Positions 50,901-64,000 of a DNA stretch of 64,000 nucleotides are shown here, piece after piece; position 1 is the first letter of the stretch; each line of letters starts with the position of its first letter. The stretch spans positions 318,134-382,133 of the forward strand of contig NIVC01000177.1 of assembly GCA_002269645.1 (NCBI GenBank), written 5' to 3'. The stretch is from Macrostomum lignano (lineage: Eukaryota). The notes below the pieces were generated by a model that was not told the DNA's origin, ran no database searches, and saw only the letters and a program-made list of their open reading frames with translations. The position numbers were made by a program, and so were the translations under genes.

Positions 50901-52659
50901 TGGAAAAATTTCTGGTCAAATGGTATAAGTTTGAGGAAAATCAGTTCAGCCGTTTTTCATTAGTCCCAGCATCCCATTACTGTTGTTTTCTGACATTACT
51001 CAGTAGTCACAACTTGTTTCTGTCGAAAAAAATAATTTAACGAACGAAAGAGGAAAATTGCCGACTTAGTTGTAGTCTTTGTAGAATAGAACTAGCAATC
51101 TATGCCCCCCATTGGGGAGCCAAAGAAATAAAATACACGTTTTTTTTAATAAGCTACATATGTAGCCTTGAAATCTTAAAAAATCTCCTGTCAAACTTCT
51201 AACCCTAACCCTAACCAAAACCCTAAATTCAATATTTTGTTTAGATTTTGTTATTCAGATTTTGGAGTATCTATTTAAGTGTTTACATATTATGTATAAG
51301 CCTGAATTGCACCTATTCTCTTTGACTTTAACTAGGTATCTAAGTAACTAATATACAGTGCAACTGCTGGCTAACCTGGCTAATCCAGCTATTGTAATTA
51401 TAAATTGTAGGCCTAGTAGACTAGGCTAGTTTTAAGTGGCAAAAATGCCTGCCCTAAATAATATAGATATAGTAGGCCTATAGTACTAATTAGATGATGA
51501 GGAATTTAGCATTGATTAAACAGTTAGAGTATGAGTACTCTTACCGTTTGTCCAAAATTGTATACATTTTTGCTTTATTAGGCCTTAGGGTTTCTTTCAT
51601 AGGTAAATTGCATTTTTGGTCAAAAAGTAAGTTGCATGGCCACTATAGTTTGGAAGGATTTTGTATTGGCATATAAACCTGGTGTAAAAATGAGGTCTTG
51701 CCAATTTAAAATTTTTCTAGCATCAAACCTAGCATAGCCTGTAGGCCTATACTAATAAGTGTTTTTAAGAAAAAATTAGATAACAAGTAATAATTTCAAT
51801 GTTTTTCAATAGGCCTATAGACATGACAAATGAATATACAATATATAAATAGTTATAGTACTATTAACTATTATGGTTTTTGATTAGCTATCAATAATAT
51901 AAAAATTTATATTTCATAATTTAATCTACTTTAATCTTTAATAAGTCATAGTCTATTGAAAACTTTGAAGTCAATTAAGATTTACTTTGGGTAGTGTTCT
52001 ACTATAATTATGGTCCATGTACCATAGCTGTAGCCATAAACAAAACTATGGCTTATTCTAATTTTCTGTATTCTGTAGCCATAGGGACCCCAATATTACC
52101 ATATTCCCATAGTTCCCCTAGCTATAGTTTTAACAAAAAGTCTAGAAAACAAATATTTTGAATTGAGAAGATAAAGTAGTGCTTAAACAACTGCAAGTTA
52201 AGTTAGAAAATAAAATAAACACTCAATTGCCTTTGTAAGATTATATTTTGTCTTTTTACAGAGCAACAATACTTAATTGCTACTTAAAGTACTAATGCTA
52301 AACTTTTTCACATTAATAAACATAGAGTTTGATAGTGTTTTATTGTACTTTATTAGGTACAAGCTGTTGAAACCCGCGGATTTTGAACCCGGGGAATTCT
52401 AATCCCCGGAACTACTTTTGCATGTATTCTGAAATCTAAGGCCATAAACAAACAAAAAACTTGTTAATAGTTCGTAGGATAGAGGTAGACATAAAATGGA
52501 GCACATTCGTGTAAAATTAGGGTTTGAGGCAAACGTTGATATTGTTTCCTGGGGTACTCCACAGTATGCCAGGCAATGTCTGTCTGACTCTAAAACATGT
52601 ATTGGCAAACTCTGGCCTCTCCCTGACTCTTCCTATGTCCCTTGGATCCTTTAAAATTT

Positions 52660-54200
<1,541 letters not shown>

Positions 54201-54959
54201 TTTTCACTCTCCTCATCTGACCCGCAGCCATGAGCTGGATTCTTTATCTGGCCTTTGAGATAAAAATCTGCCAATCCCTGCTTCGAGAGTACTATCATGG
54301 GACGTAGTACTATCATGGTTGTTATCATTTCTCATGCTTTGATCACGTCATCTTTCTGGCCAATTAGCAGCCCTGAGAGGAATTTGTGTATCTCCATTCT
54401 CCAGCTCCACCATATAATGTTAGACATGGTGGCTCTTTAATGTTCGACATGGTGGCTCTTTAATGTTAGACATTGTGGCTGTTTAATGTTCGCCATGTTT
54501 GTCCACAGTCTGCAGCAGTCTAACAACCAAGGAAATACGCATTTCTTAGGAGGCCATTTAAATTTTAAAGTTACCTTATGCGAATCTTAATGTTAAAATT
54601 TTCATGGTGTAACTAATTTAGTAGGATTGCATTGTAATCAGTTATTCATTAATTTTTCGCTATTTTATAAACCATCCCACATCGCCTTGATTTGCCATCC
54701 TTGTTTAACTGCTGCGACTTGTCTATACAGAGGACAGTAGTTTGAATCTCTCGCTAAACTGTCTCCTCTCAACGCCTCTCCACTCGCGGGGGTACAGAGA
54801 AGTCTATTAAAAAGTTATTCCTAAACACTATACATTCGCTATGTACATTGAGCCCTATCGCCTGACCCTTCGTCTGGGCTGGGGGAATGAGTGAGTGAGA
54901 GGCACAAACAACAGAAAAAGCAGACAAACTTCACATGCTTACAGTTTCTTTTTCGGTTG

Positions 54960-55536
54960 AGTTACAGAGTTGAAACTTTACATTTAGACAGAGAATGAAT
55001 CAATGAAGAATTGTGTCAAGTTTGAAGTCAATCGCTTTACGTGGAGCAAACTTATGGCAGCTGAAAGTTAGTCAATTTTGAAACCCTTTTACACATCTGG
55101 GCCCAGATCGGTATCGGGAAAGAGAGGCAGGCGGGCGGAGGTTGGGGTGGTTGCTACGCTGAAAAAAACAGCCTAACTTTAAAAGTGCACAGCGCCGTTC
55201 AGGATTAACTTTGAGACTCAAAATTTTACACGATTGTGTCAAAATAGTTGAAAATTGATTGTGTCAAATTTGAAGAGGATCGGTAGAAGTGGAGCGGCGC
55301 TAAGGAGGCTTTAGTAAAAAAATCGCGCATTTTGAGCAGTTTTTTGCACTTTTAGGTAGGAAGACTCAAATTTAGGAAATTTAAAGGTAGCCTAAGACAT
55401 TCTCCGTAGTGAGTTTAGGGTGGGTGTAAAATTTGGTGTCATTTGGTTGAGCGGTTTGGGAGTCCATAGCGATCAAAATTGTCCACACACAGACAGACAC
55501 ACACACACACAGAGTTTTGATTTTTATATGTAGAGA
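54960..55536 (-). mobile_element. Helitron-like non-autonomous element, 5' end (Lep1/HINE-like); 3' end not found
   Basis: Minus strand reads A|TCTCTACATATAAAAATC followed by a (TG)n/(TGTC)n microsatellite, the typical 5' layout of small metazoan Helitrons. Internally duplicated GATTGTGTCAAA..TTGAAG blocks. Confidence 0.4.
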
Positions 55537-57413
55537 TATTCTATAAGTTTCTAAGTTGATTATATAGTTTACTAAAGTATCCTTGTTTCATTCTACCTGT
55601 TTCTAATATTTTTCAATTTTTTTAAATTAATAACTATGGCTATGGGAATCTAGGGAATGGGACAACAACTATTATATTTCCATAGTTGTAGCCATAAGAG
55701 CAGCTAGCTACCATAGGCATATCTGTAGCTGCCATAAGCACCTATTTTATCATATTTGCCATAGGATCCCATAGCTGTAGCTATAGCTATGGCAGAACAC
55801 TAATTATAGGCTAAGTTACTTATATTTGAATATGTCTAACTGAAAGTATAGAGCTTTTAGTCATAGTTGCAAATTAGGCCTATTCTAGTTAGGTATTCTG
55901 TTTTATATAATGCTATCCCTAAGGGCTTGGTTATATTAAAAAGGGTTTTATAAAAGTTTAAGACTGTTCATTATTATGAATGTTGTGTCTTGAACTAATG
56001 GCCGCTAGACAGGTCAGGGTTCGGGTCCTCCCGCCCAAGACACCCTGGTCCCAGCCCTCTAATCTTGCTACTCCTACGCGCCCTTCGCTCAGCTTGGCGA
56101 GAGTTTGCCAGACCAACCACCCTGGGATTAGCGAGAGTTCACTGGTCCCAGGTCCCTACAGATCCTGGCCCCACGCGGCAACCTAGGAGAAGAAAGCATG
56201 CATGCACCTCTGCATTATAGACTTATTTGCGAAGCATTTATTGCCATGAAGCAGAATAATCAACGATTGCGGGAGTCACGAGTTATTAGCTTGCAGAGAG
56301 CAGGTTTGCAGAGGGACACCAACAAATGGGATAGAATACAAACAAAAAGAAAGAAATGTGGAGCGCAGCACGCTTAGGGCTAGCTTTTAAATAATATTTA
56401 CACAAAAAAGGGGGGAGGGGTGGGGCAGAATGACAAGGGCGAGCCAAACCCTAGGGCCCAGCCCAGCTAGCTTATCAGCCAGCCAGCCAATACAAGCAGC
56501 CCTAGGGTGAGGCGGGCAAAGAGGGAGGGGGTAGGGTTAGCACCCAGATTGGACAGAAGTTGGGCCACGGGCTGGGTGCAGAAAGGGATAGGCCAGGGTT
56601 AAGGCTTACACCTCTCACAAAACCTGGCCTGGGTGCGAGACGGGGATAGGGTGGGGTGGCAAGAAAACTAAAAACACAATCACTGGAAGGGGCCCAACAT
56701 CCTCCCCCTCCAAGAAAAAAAGAGGAGAAAGGGGATGTCAAGCAGAAAACAAAAAATAGGAAAACAAAAAGCAACACATGAACAAGCAAGTCTGAAAAAA
56801 CTGAGAGGCCAATTCAAACAAAATAGCAAACATAGGGTTTGGGCCATAGATGGAAAAAATGCATTACCATTTCTATTGGGCCATGCGATCACGGCAGCAT
56901 AAGCAATTCACAAAAGGTTAATTAAAAAAATGATGGCCGAAAAATAACTGAAAAACTTTGATAAATAAACTTTGGTTGTTTAAAAAAATAATTTTTTTCT
57001 TTTGGCAATTGTTTTATTAAAATATAATTTCAGCCAAAATTTATAAGCATTTCAAAATGATACTTCAAAAGTATCTAATACAATTTTGAAGTTTGCACTT
57101 TTTGATGCAGGCAAAATGGCATATGCTTATATTGGTGTCAAAAAGTCTCCTTGGTATATATTTATGAATATCATTTAATAAATCAGCTAATGTGTGCATA
57201 AATTATTAAATCAATATTTATTGATTTTTTTGTTTCTCAATGAATGTTATATACATGCATTCAAGCCATAGACAAAAAAATCTTAGATAAAACCCATGGA
57301 TAAAAGCCAAAGACAAAAGCCATAGACCCTCTGAAAAATTCAAAATTATATTAAAAAAGAATGTAGAGAAAATTTTAACTTATTTAAATGATCCTACTCA
57401 TACATGCGCAAAT

Positions 57414-57553
57414 TTGGGAATCACCCGGCCGTTTCTATTGGCAACACACACATGTAAGTCGCTATTGGCTAAGAGCAGTCACGTGACTACTATTCCGTCC
57501 AATAGCGACTTACATGTGTGTGTTGCCAATAGAAACGGCCGAGTGAATCCCAA
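57414..57553. repeat. Near-perfect inverted repeat (hairpin): 43-bp perfect stem, 30-nt loop
   Basis: 57426-57468 is the exact reverse complement of 57499-57541; arms extend to 57414/57553 with 2 mismatches; loop holds AGTCACGTGACT. Confidence 0.95.
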
Positions 57554-57592
57554 GGTTGCGCCCAAGCATGATCCTACTGTTCACACTGAATA

Positions 57593-58561
57593 CTTCGGGT
57601 GTGTCATAGGAAATGTCACTGATGTGAAAGCAGACGAACTTGCAATCGCAGATGAACAAAACTGTACCACTCAACAACATAGAGTCCCCCAATATCAATC
57701 ACCCTCTGGCAGTGCTCATACAGCTTGTCCACCTCAGCCTGCAGGTGTTTTTCCTCCAACTGCCGTAACCAGTGCAACGCGGCCTGTTTGACCTCTTCAT
57801 GGTTTGCGAAACTCTTCTTGGAAAAGTCAGCCTTTAGCTATTTGAACAGGAACCTCTTGCAAAAGTTGAAGTCCGGGCTATAGGGACTGTCAGAGCATAT
57901 TCACTTGCCGTGCAGGCAGAAAGTTCGAAAAAGCTTTAAGGTGTGCAGCCATGCGGTGTCCATCTGCCACAGAACCTCGTCCAGGTGACATGGATTTGAC
58001 CGGAGAGTGCACCAGAGGTCCCCAGTGTGCCGGAAAAAGTCAATAAAGTACTGGCTATTGACCTTGGTGTTTGGTGGATTTGTGCAGATGGAGACTCGTT
58101 TGTTTGGCGTGAAGGCTACCAGCAGCATGGTCTTCTTGTCCAAGATGGACTTCCTAGTCACTATCAGCCTGGAGTCCCCAGCTCCCAACCAGCAGCGATT
58201 GTCTGCCTTGCTGCCCTTGCCATCCAGGTGGAGCCAGCTTTCATCCTCAGCAACCAGGCAGTTTAGGATGTCATTCAAGCCCCGGCTGCTGAACACCTTG
58301 GGAATCAGCTTGGTGCAGGCGTCTTGTCGAGATTCATGGTGATTTTTGTTCGCTGCATGGACAATTTTTCATCGCGTTGCACTTGCTAAATCTGCTCGGC
58401 GTATTCTTGCAATAGCTTGGGCCATAAACAACCTATGCATGTCTCAAATGCACTGCTATTGTTTCACTAAGTATACTTTGCAGCTACGCTACCCACAAGT
58501 CCATGTGCCTACATATTTTAGACAGAGGCCTGCAGTGACATTACTTATAACACACCCAAAG
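57593..58561 (-). mobile_element. Internally deleted, degenerate Tc1/mariner (mariner-type) transposon
   Basis: Imperfect ~29-bp TIRs (CTTCGGGTGTGTCATAGGAAATGTCACTG / CAGTGACATTACTTATAACACACCCAAAG) with TA on both sides. Transposase remnants AEDESW, KTMLLVAF, MDTAWLH, YSPD...FLF...EEVKQAA...GGLYV, with stops and a frameshift. Confidence 0.88.
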
Positions 58562-59229
58562 TATAATCTAGAATCTTTTGCTATACCCCTTATGGAAAGC
58601 CTTGTCAAGGATATGGTATCTACATTTGTCACTACCTGATTAGATATAATGACCATAGTAATGAATGGATAGTAATAATTTTAGAAGAATTGTCATATTG
58701 CAAGCTACATGCTAGACCAATTTAACTCTATCTTGAGGTTGCCACAGTCCTAGCCTACCAATTAACTTCAATGGTTGCAACTCTTATCTGACATATATAG
58801 CACTTTTTGGCATTGTACTCTTCTCCTTTGAGAAAGCTTAGTCTAGCCAGGTATGGGGTCTTGTTTATTTTGAAATGATATTGCTCATGCCAACATAATG
58901 GTTAATTAATTGAGATTCTTAAGATTTCTACACTTTTATAAAAAAATCTGATTTGAGTAATCTGTAAACACAGAGTCTGCAAACTTCTGCAACTTCTGTA
59001 AGGTCAGAAAAGCTTAGCAGTATAAAGGGTAGGTTAGACCATTAGAAATGTTGGTGTTTTTCTGATATAATAATATATCGTTTTTTGAAGCATTTCTTTC
59101 TAGTTTATAAACAATAAAGATTAAACAATTAATATATAAGTTTTTTTTCTTGAGTACTGCATTTATAATTAATATGGAGGCAAAATGTTTACATTAAAAT
59201 ACCATTGGAAATTTTTTCCAGTAAGAAAA

Positions 59230-59286
59230 ATGGCTGGCAAAGGTGTTCCAACTGTCGATCAGTTAGAGTCTGATGTAATCATGCGA
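59230..59286 (+). CDS. AQR: AQR (Aquarius, intron-binding spliceosomal helicase) exon 1
   Basis: MAGKGVPTVDQLESDVIMR (cf. APTVSQINAEFVTQ); donor CGA|gtaagt. Confidence 0.8.
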
Positions 59287-59485
59287 GTAAGTATTATTGG
59301 TACTAAATTTTTATAAGAAACAAAACTTTGCATCCCCTACTCAAGTCGTCTTTAATAATTTCATTGTCTGGCTGAAAAAAATAAACTTTTTTTTCAAAAT
59401 TGATTAAAAATCGTTAGTCGCCTACTCACAGTAGCTCAGTTAGCCGTAGATTTCTATGTTTCTTTTTAAAAATCACGGCACACAG

Positions 59486-59881
59486 ATCGGCCAGCAATAC
59501 TGGATCGGTCGCGACGAGGCCAGCATCGATTTCAAACAGCAAGTTGTCGACGCGATCTACTCGCAAGAGATCCGACATTCGCAATTTGCCCAACGACGTA
59601 TCATGATGCTGGAATTCTTTCGCTATTTAGAGCAGTACCTGTGGCCGTTCTATAGTCCAGCCACCGCCACGGACAGTTTCGTGCTGTCCATCGCCTGCAT
59701 GGTAAACGAGAAGCGTCGGGAACGAGTGCCTGTGTGGCCAGCTTTTGTTGAAAAGCCAGAGCATTTCGGGCATCTTGTGCGGCAGACCCTGCGACTGGCT
59801 TTGGATGCAGACAATCAGCTGTCTGTTAAGGAGCACATTGTGCTGGTTGATTTTATTGGGCACTGTCTCACTAGTTTGGAG
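59486..59881 (+). CDS. AQR: AQR exon 2
   Basis: cacacag|ATC; IMMLEFFRYLEQYLWP...SIACMVNEKRRERVP; donor GAG|gtgaga. Confidence 0.93.
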
Positions 59882-59899
59882 GTGAGACATTTGTGCACG

Positions 59900-61360
59900 G
59901 CTTTGGGATTCTCGGTTTGGAATTCTTGGTTTTGAATTGTCGATTTGGAATTCTCGATTTGGAATTCTTGGTTTTAGATTCTCGAATTGGGATTCTTGGT
60001 TTTAGATTCTCGAATTGGGATTCTCGGTTTGGAATTCTCGGTTTGGGATTCTCGGTTTGGGATTCTCGGTTTTGGATTATGGGTTTGGAATTCTTGGTTT
60101 TAGATTCTCGAATTGGGATTCTTGGTTTGGGATTCTCGATTTGGGATTCTTGGTTTTAGATTCTCGATTTGGGATTCTTGGTTTTAGATTCTCGAATTGG
60201 GATTCTCGGTTTGGAATTCTCGGTTTGGGATTCTCGGTTTTGGATTATGGGTTTGGAATTCTTGGTTTTAGATTCTCGAATTGGGATTCTTGGTTTTAGA
60301 TTCTCGAATTGGGATTCTCGGTTTGGAATTCTCGGTTTGGGATTCTTGGTTTGGGATTCTCGGTTTGGGATTCTTGGTTTGGAATTCTTGGTTTTAGATT
60401 CTCGAATTGGGATTCTTGGTTTTAGATTCTCGAATTGGGATTCTCGGTTTGGAATTCTCGGTTTGGGATTCTTGGTTTGGGATTCTCGGTTTGGAATTCT
60501 TGGTTTTGGATTCTCGGTTTGGATTCTCGGTTTGGAATTCTTGGTTTTGGATTATGGGTTTGGAATTCTTGGTTTTGGATTCTCGGTTTGGGATTCTCGG
60601 TTTGGGATTCTTGGTTTTGGATTATGGGTTTGGAATTCTTGGTTTTGGATTCTCGGTTTGGGATTCTTGGTTTGGAATTCTTGGTTTTGGATTCTCGGTT
60701 TTGGATTCTCGGTTTGGAATTCTTGGTTTTGGATTCTCGGTTTGGAATTCTTGGTTTTGGATTCTCGGTTTGGAATTCTTGGTTTTGGATTCTCGGTTTG
60801 GGATTCTCGGTTTGGGATTCTTGGTTTTGGATTCTCGGTTTGGGATTCTTGGTTTTGGATTCTCGGTTTTGGATTCTCGGTTTGGATTCTCGGTTTGGGA
60901 TTCTCGGTTTGGGATTCTTGGTTTTGGATTCTCGGTTTGGAATTCTTGGTTTTGGATTCTCGGTTTGGGATTCTCGGTTTGGGATTCTTGGTTTTGGATT
61001 CTCGGTTTGGGATTCTCGGTTTGGGATTCTTGGTTTGGGATTATATGTTTGGGATTCTCCGTTTAAGAGTCTCGGTTTGGGATTCTCTGTTTGGGATTCT
61101 TGGTTCAGATTTATAGATTTGAGAATTCTGGTTTGGGATTATGAGCTTGGGATTCTGGTTTGGGATTCTCGGTCCAGGATTCTTTTTTTGGGATTTTAGG
61201 ATTGTGATTCTGTTTTGGGATTCTCGGTTTGGGATTCTGAGTTTGGGATTCTCGGTTTGGGATTCTTGGTTTGGGATTCTCGGTTTGGGATTCTTGGTTT
61301 GGGATTCTCGGTTTGGGATTCAGGTCTGGCCTGGGATTTGGGTTCGGGATTTGGGTTTGG
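59900..61360 (+). repeat. 14-bp-based minisatellite filling AQR intron 2
   Basis: TTGGGATTCTCGGT / TTGGAATTCTTGGT units. Confidence 0.96.
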
Positions 61361-61413
61361 GAACACCCAAGCTAAAGACACTTAAATGCACCTCCTCCCC
61401 ACCACGGACCCAG

Positions 61414-62012
61414 GTGGACCTGGTTCGCGATCAGCTCAAGCGCACCATCTCCCTGGGCATCTGGCGCTGTTTGAGTCCCCGCCGTCTGCAGCTCACCCTG
61501 GACAGTCAGCCTCGCCTAGCCAAGCTGTACCGGGCGCTACTCAGGCGAGACGAGAAAACCGCTCCAACACTAAGCCAATCAGAGCGCGACTTTATCCAGT
61601 TTGAGTACACTTTTCTGGCTTCTTTTATCGAACGTTTCGTTGGAGTTTTGTACTCGATCAAGCCAGCATCTATTGATGGCGCCGAGTTGAAGTCTGCTGA
61701 TCGATTGACAATAAGCTACTGCGAGCGGTGCCTACAGTTGCTAATCGATCTGGAGTCCACCCTGCTCACCAGGCGGTTCTTTAATCTTCTACTAGACGAT
61801 CGCAATGTTGTAGTTCGATGCAAACTGGCACCGCTGGCTGGCGCTGCCGAATCTGATGGCAAATTGTTCTGCCAGCTGCTGTCTATGCTGGAGTTCTATG
61901 CAAGATTTGAAATTGACGAATTGGAGGGCCAGCCTCTGACTAGCGTGCAGGTGGATAGCAGACACTGTAAGGATATTGTCGATCTGCAGAAATCGGTGTA
62001 CAGGCTTCACAG
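61414..62012 (+). CDS. AQR: AQR exon 3
   Basis: ggacccag|GTG; YCERCLQLLIDLESTLLTRRFFNLLLDD...LFCQLLSMLEFYARFEI; donor AG|gtaggg (phase 2). Confidence 0.93.
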
Positions 62013-62079
62013 GTAGGGTCATTTTTGAATGGGCTGTTTTGTTATGTTTTGAAAAGCAAAGACGGTATTTTATAGTCTC

Positions 62080-62845
62080 TCAGTGATCGGTCATGAAGAT
62101 TTTTGTGTCAGTGATTGGTCATGGAGGTTCTAGTGTCAGTGATCGGTCATGGAGATTTTAGTGTCATTGATCGGTCATAGAGATTTTAGTCTGTCAGTGA
62201 TCGGTCATGGAGGTTTAGTGTCAGTGATCGGTCATGAAGATTTTAGTGTCAGTGATCGATCATGAAGGTTTTAGTGTCAGTGATCGGTCATGAAGATTTT
62301 AGTGTCAGTGATCGGTCATGGAGATTTTAGTGTCAGTGATCGATCATGGAGATTTTAGTGTCAGTTATCGGTCATGAGGATTATTAGTGTCAGTGATCGG
62401 TCATGTAGATTTTAGTGTCAGTCATTGGTCATGGAGATTTTAGTGCCAGTAATCGGTGATGGAGATTTTAGTGTCAGTGATCGGTCATGCAGATTTAATC
62501 AATTCGTTCATTGAGATCTAGCTATGGTCAGGAATCGGTCATTGAAATCTAGCTATGGTCAGGAATCGGTCATTGAAGTCTAGCTATGGTCAGGAATCGG
62601 TCATTGAAGTCTAGATTTGGTCAGGAATCGGTCATTGAAGTCAAGCTTTGGTCAGGTATCGGTCATTGAAGTCAAGCTTTGGTCAGGTATCGGTCATTGA
62701 AATCTAGCTTTGGTCAGGAATCGGTCATTGAAGTCTAGCTTTGGTCAGGAATCGGTCATTGAAGTCTAGCTTTGGTCAGGAATCGGTCATTGAAGTCTAG
62801 CTATGATCAGGAATCGACAATAGTGTCAGCACTCGGTCACTGAGG
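62080..62845 (+). repeat. Two nested minisatellites (28 bp and 31 bp) in AQR intron 3
   Basis: AGTGTCAGTGATCGGTCATGGAGATTTT, then GGTCAGGAATCGGTCATTGAAGTCTAGCTTT, then one diverged 28-bp-type unit. Confidence 0.94.
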
Positions 62846-62871
62846 ATCTGTCCCCTGCCATTCCAATCCAG

Positions 62872-63397
62872 GGAGAACCTGGCCGACCTGCAGCGCCGAT
62901 TTGTAGTTGCCAACGTTGGCTCGCTTGAGAGCGAACTTGAGCTCTGCCGATTTCTCGACAAATTCGACATGCCTGACCTGCTAGCCGTGGCTGAGCACCT
63001 CGGATTGCGTGTTGAGCACTCGGAATCTGGCGAGTCCGAACAGCGCCGCCTCATCACCGCCCTGATGGTGTACAGATTCTGCAAGCGCAAGTCCCAGCTG
63101 GACACTATCAATTCCATGTCTCTGTACCCTACGGAGCAGATCATCTGGGATGAGAATATTGTACCTGTCGAGCGTTACTATGGTGACGGTTGTCTAGCAT
63201 TGCCCAAACTGAATCTGCAATTTCTAACTTTGCACGATTATTTGATGAGAAATTTTCACCTGTTCCGGTTGGAGAGCACCTACGAGATTCGGCAGGATGT
63301 TGAAGATGCTGTTGCCAGGCTGAGGCCGTGCCAGGGTGACATGGGCGAAGATGAAGTCGTCTTTTCTGGCTGGTCTAGGATGGCCCTGCCCATACAG
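62872..63397 (+). CDS. AQR: AQR exon 4
   Basis: caatccag|G GAG; LYPTEQIIWDENIVP...CLALPKLNLQFLTLHDYLMRNFHLFRLESTYEIRQD; donor CAG|gtgact. Confidence 0.95.
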
Positions 63398-63429
63398 GTG
63401 ACTGGCTCAGCTGTTCTGATGTTATCTAC

Positions 63430-63870
63430 CTCTGCCTCCCCTCTACCTCCCTCTCTACCTTCCTCTCTACCTCCCTCTTTACCCCCTCTCTACCTCCCCT
63501 CTCCTGCCTCTCTACCTCCCTCTCTACCTCCCTCTCTATCTCCCTCTCTACCTCTCTTTCTACCTCTCTTTCTACCTCCCTCTCTACCTCCCTCTCTACC
63601 TCCCTCTCTATCTCCCTCTCTACCTCCCTCTCTACCTCCCTCTCTATCTCCCTCTCTACCTCCCTCTCTACCTCCCTCTCTACCTCCCTCTCTACCTCCC
63701 TCTGCCTCCCTCTCTATCTCCCTCTACCTCCCTTTCTCCTCCCTCTGCCTCCTTCTACATCCCTCTCTACCTCTCTTTACCTTCAACTCTCTTCCCTCTC
63801 TACATCCCTCTACCTCCCTCCCCCTCTCCCCCTCCCTTTACCTCCCTCTCTCCCCCTTCCCTCTACCTTA
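63430..63870 (+). repeat. (CCTCCCTCTCTA)n repeat in AQR intron 4
   Basis: 12-bp periodicity. Confidence 0.93.
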
Positions 63871-63955
63871 ATCTACCATCTATTCCTTGTCAACAAACCT
63901 GGCACTTCTTTATCTACAAGCGCCCATCCTACTCCCCGACTGTCTTACATTCCAG

Positions 63956-64000
63956 TCGTTCAACATAATCGAGGTTGCTAAGCCGTTGCTAGGCTCAAGC
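63956..64000 (+). CDS. AQR: AQR exon 5 (partial, continues beyond window)
   Basis: ttacattccag|TCG; SFNIIEVAKPLLG resembles AFTVVEVAKPNIG. Confidence 0.8.

Noticed and set aside
51198-51225. CTAACCCTAACCCTAACC telomere-like repeat
   Set aside because: Only 2-3 units; too short to call an interstitial telomere.
59893-61413. GILG/WDSRF repeat ORFs fused to AQR exon 3
   Set aside because: Intron 2 minisatellite; AQR homology resumes exactly at the 61414 acceptor.

Overview
Eukaryotic (metazoan) genomic DNA. It has spliceosomal introns, GC-rich exons, AT-rich intergenic DNA and a very high density of mini- and microsatellites. By inference it is most consistent with the flatworm Macrostomum lignano. 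Six protein-coding genes were reconstructed by hand with phase-consistent splice junctions: ASCC2 (+, 5' end outside the window), a CYP3-clan cytochrome P450 (-, 2 exons, 506 aa), a three-Ig-domain type I membrane protein (+, 3 exons, 508 aa), NCKIPSD/SPIN90 (-, 8 exons, 604 aa, needing one GC-AG intron), a Rab24-like GTPase (-, 2 exons, 228 aa) and AQR/Aquarius (+, 3' end outside the window). Mobile DNA comprises a 5'-truncated RNase H-bearing non-LTR retrotransposon inserted into a satellite with a 12-bp TSD, an RTE 3' fragment, an internally deleted mariner with TIRs and TA TSD, a ~700-bp foldback element, a Helitron-like 5' end and a candidate solo LTR. Most long ORFs in the supplied track are artefacts of tandem repeats. 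No prokaryotic features, CRISPR array, rRNA or tRNA were seen. The strongest leads are: a minisatellite born from the last codons of the P450 gene; a LINE inserted at a palindrome inside a satellite with tail/target microhomology; a 21/22 match to the 5' half of the Macrostomum spliced leader (SL sequence recalled from memory) inside an unexplained intronic insert; a near-perfect 140-bp hairpin carrying CCAAT boxes and a CLEAR/E-box; and a linked family of GGCGCC-core satellites. None is proven to be a new system. Protein identities rest on recalled motif similarity, not on database searches.
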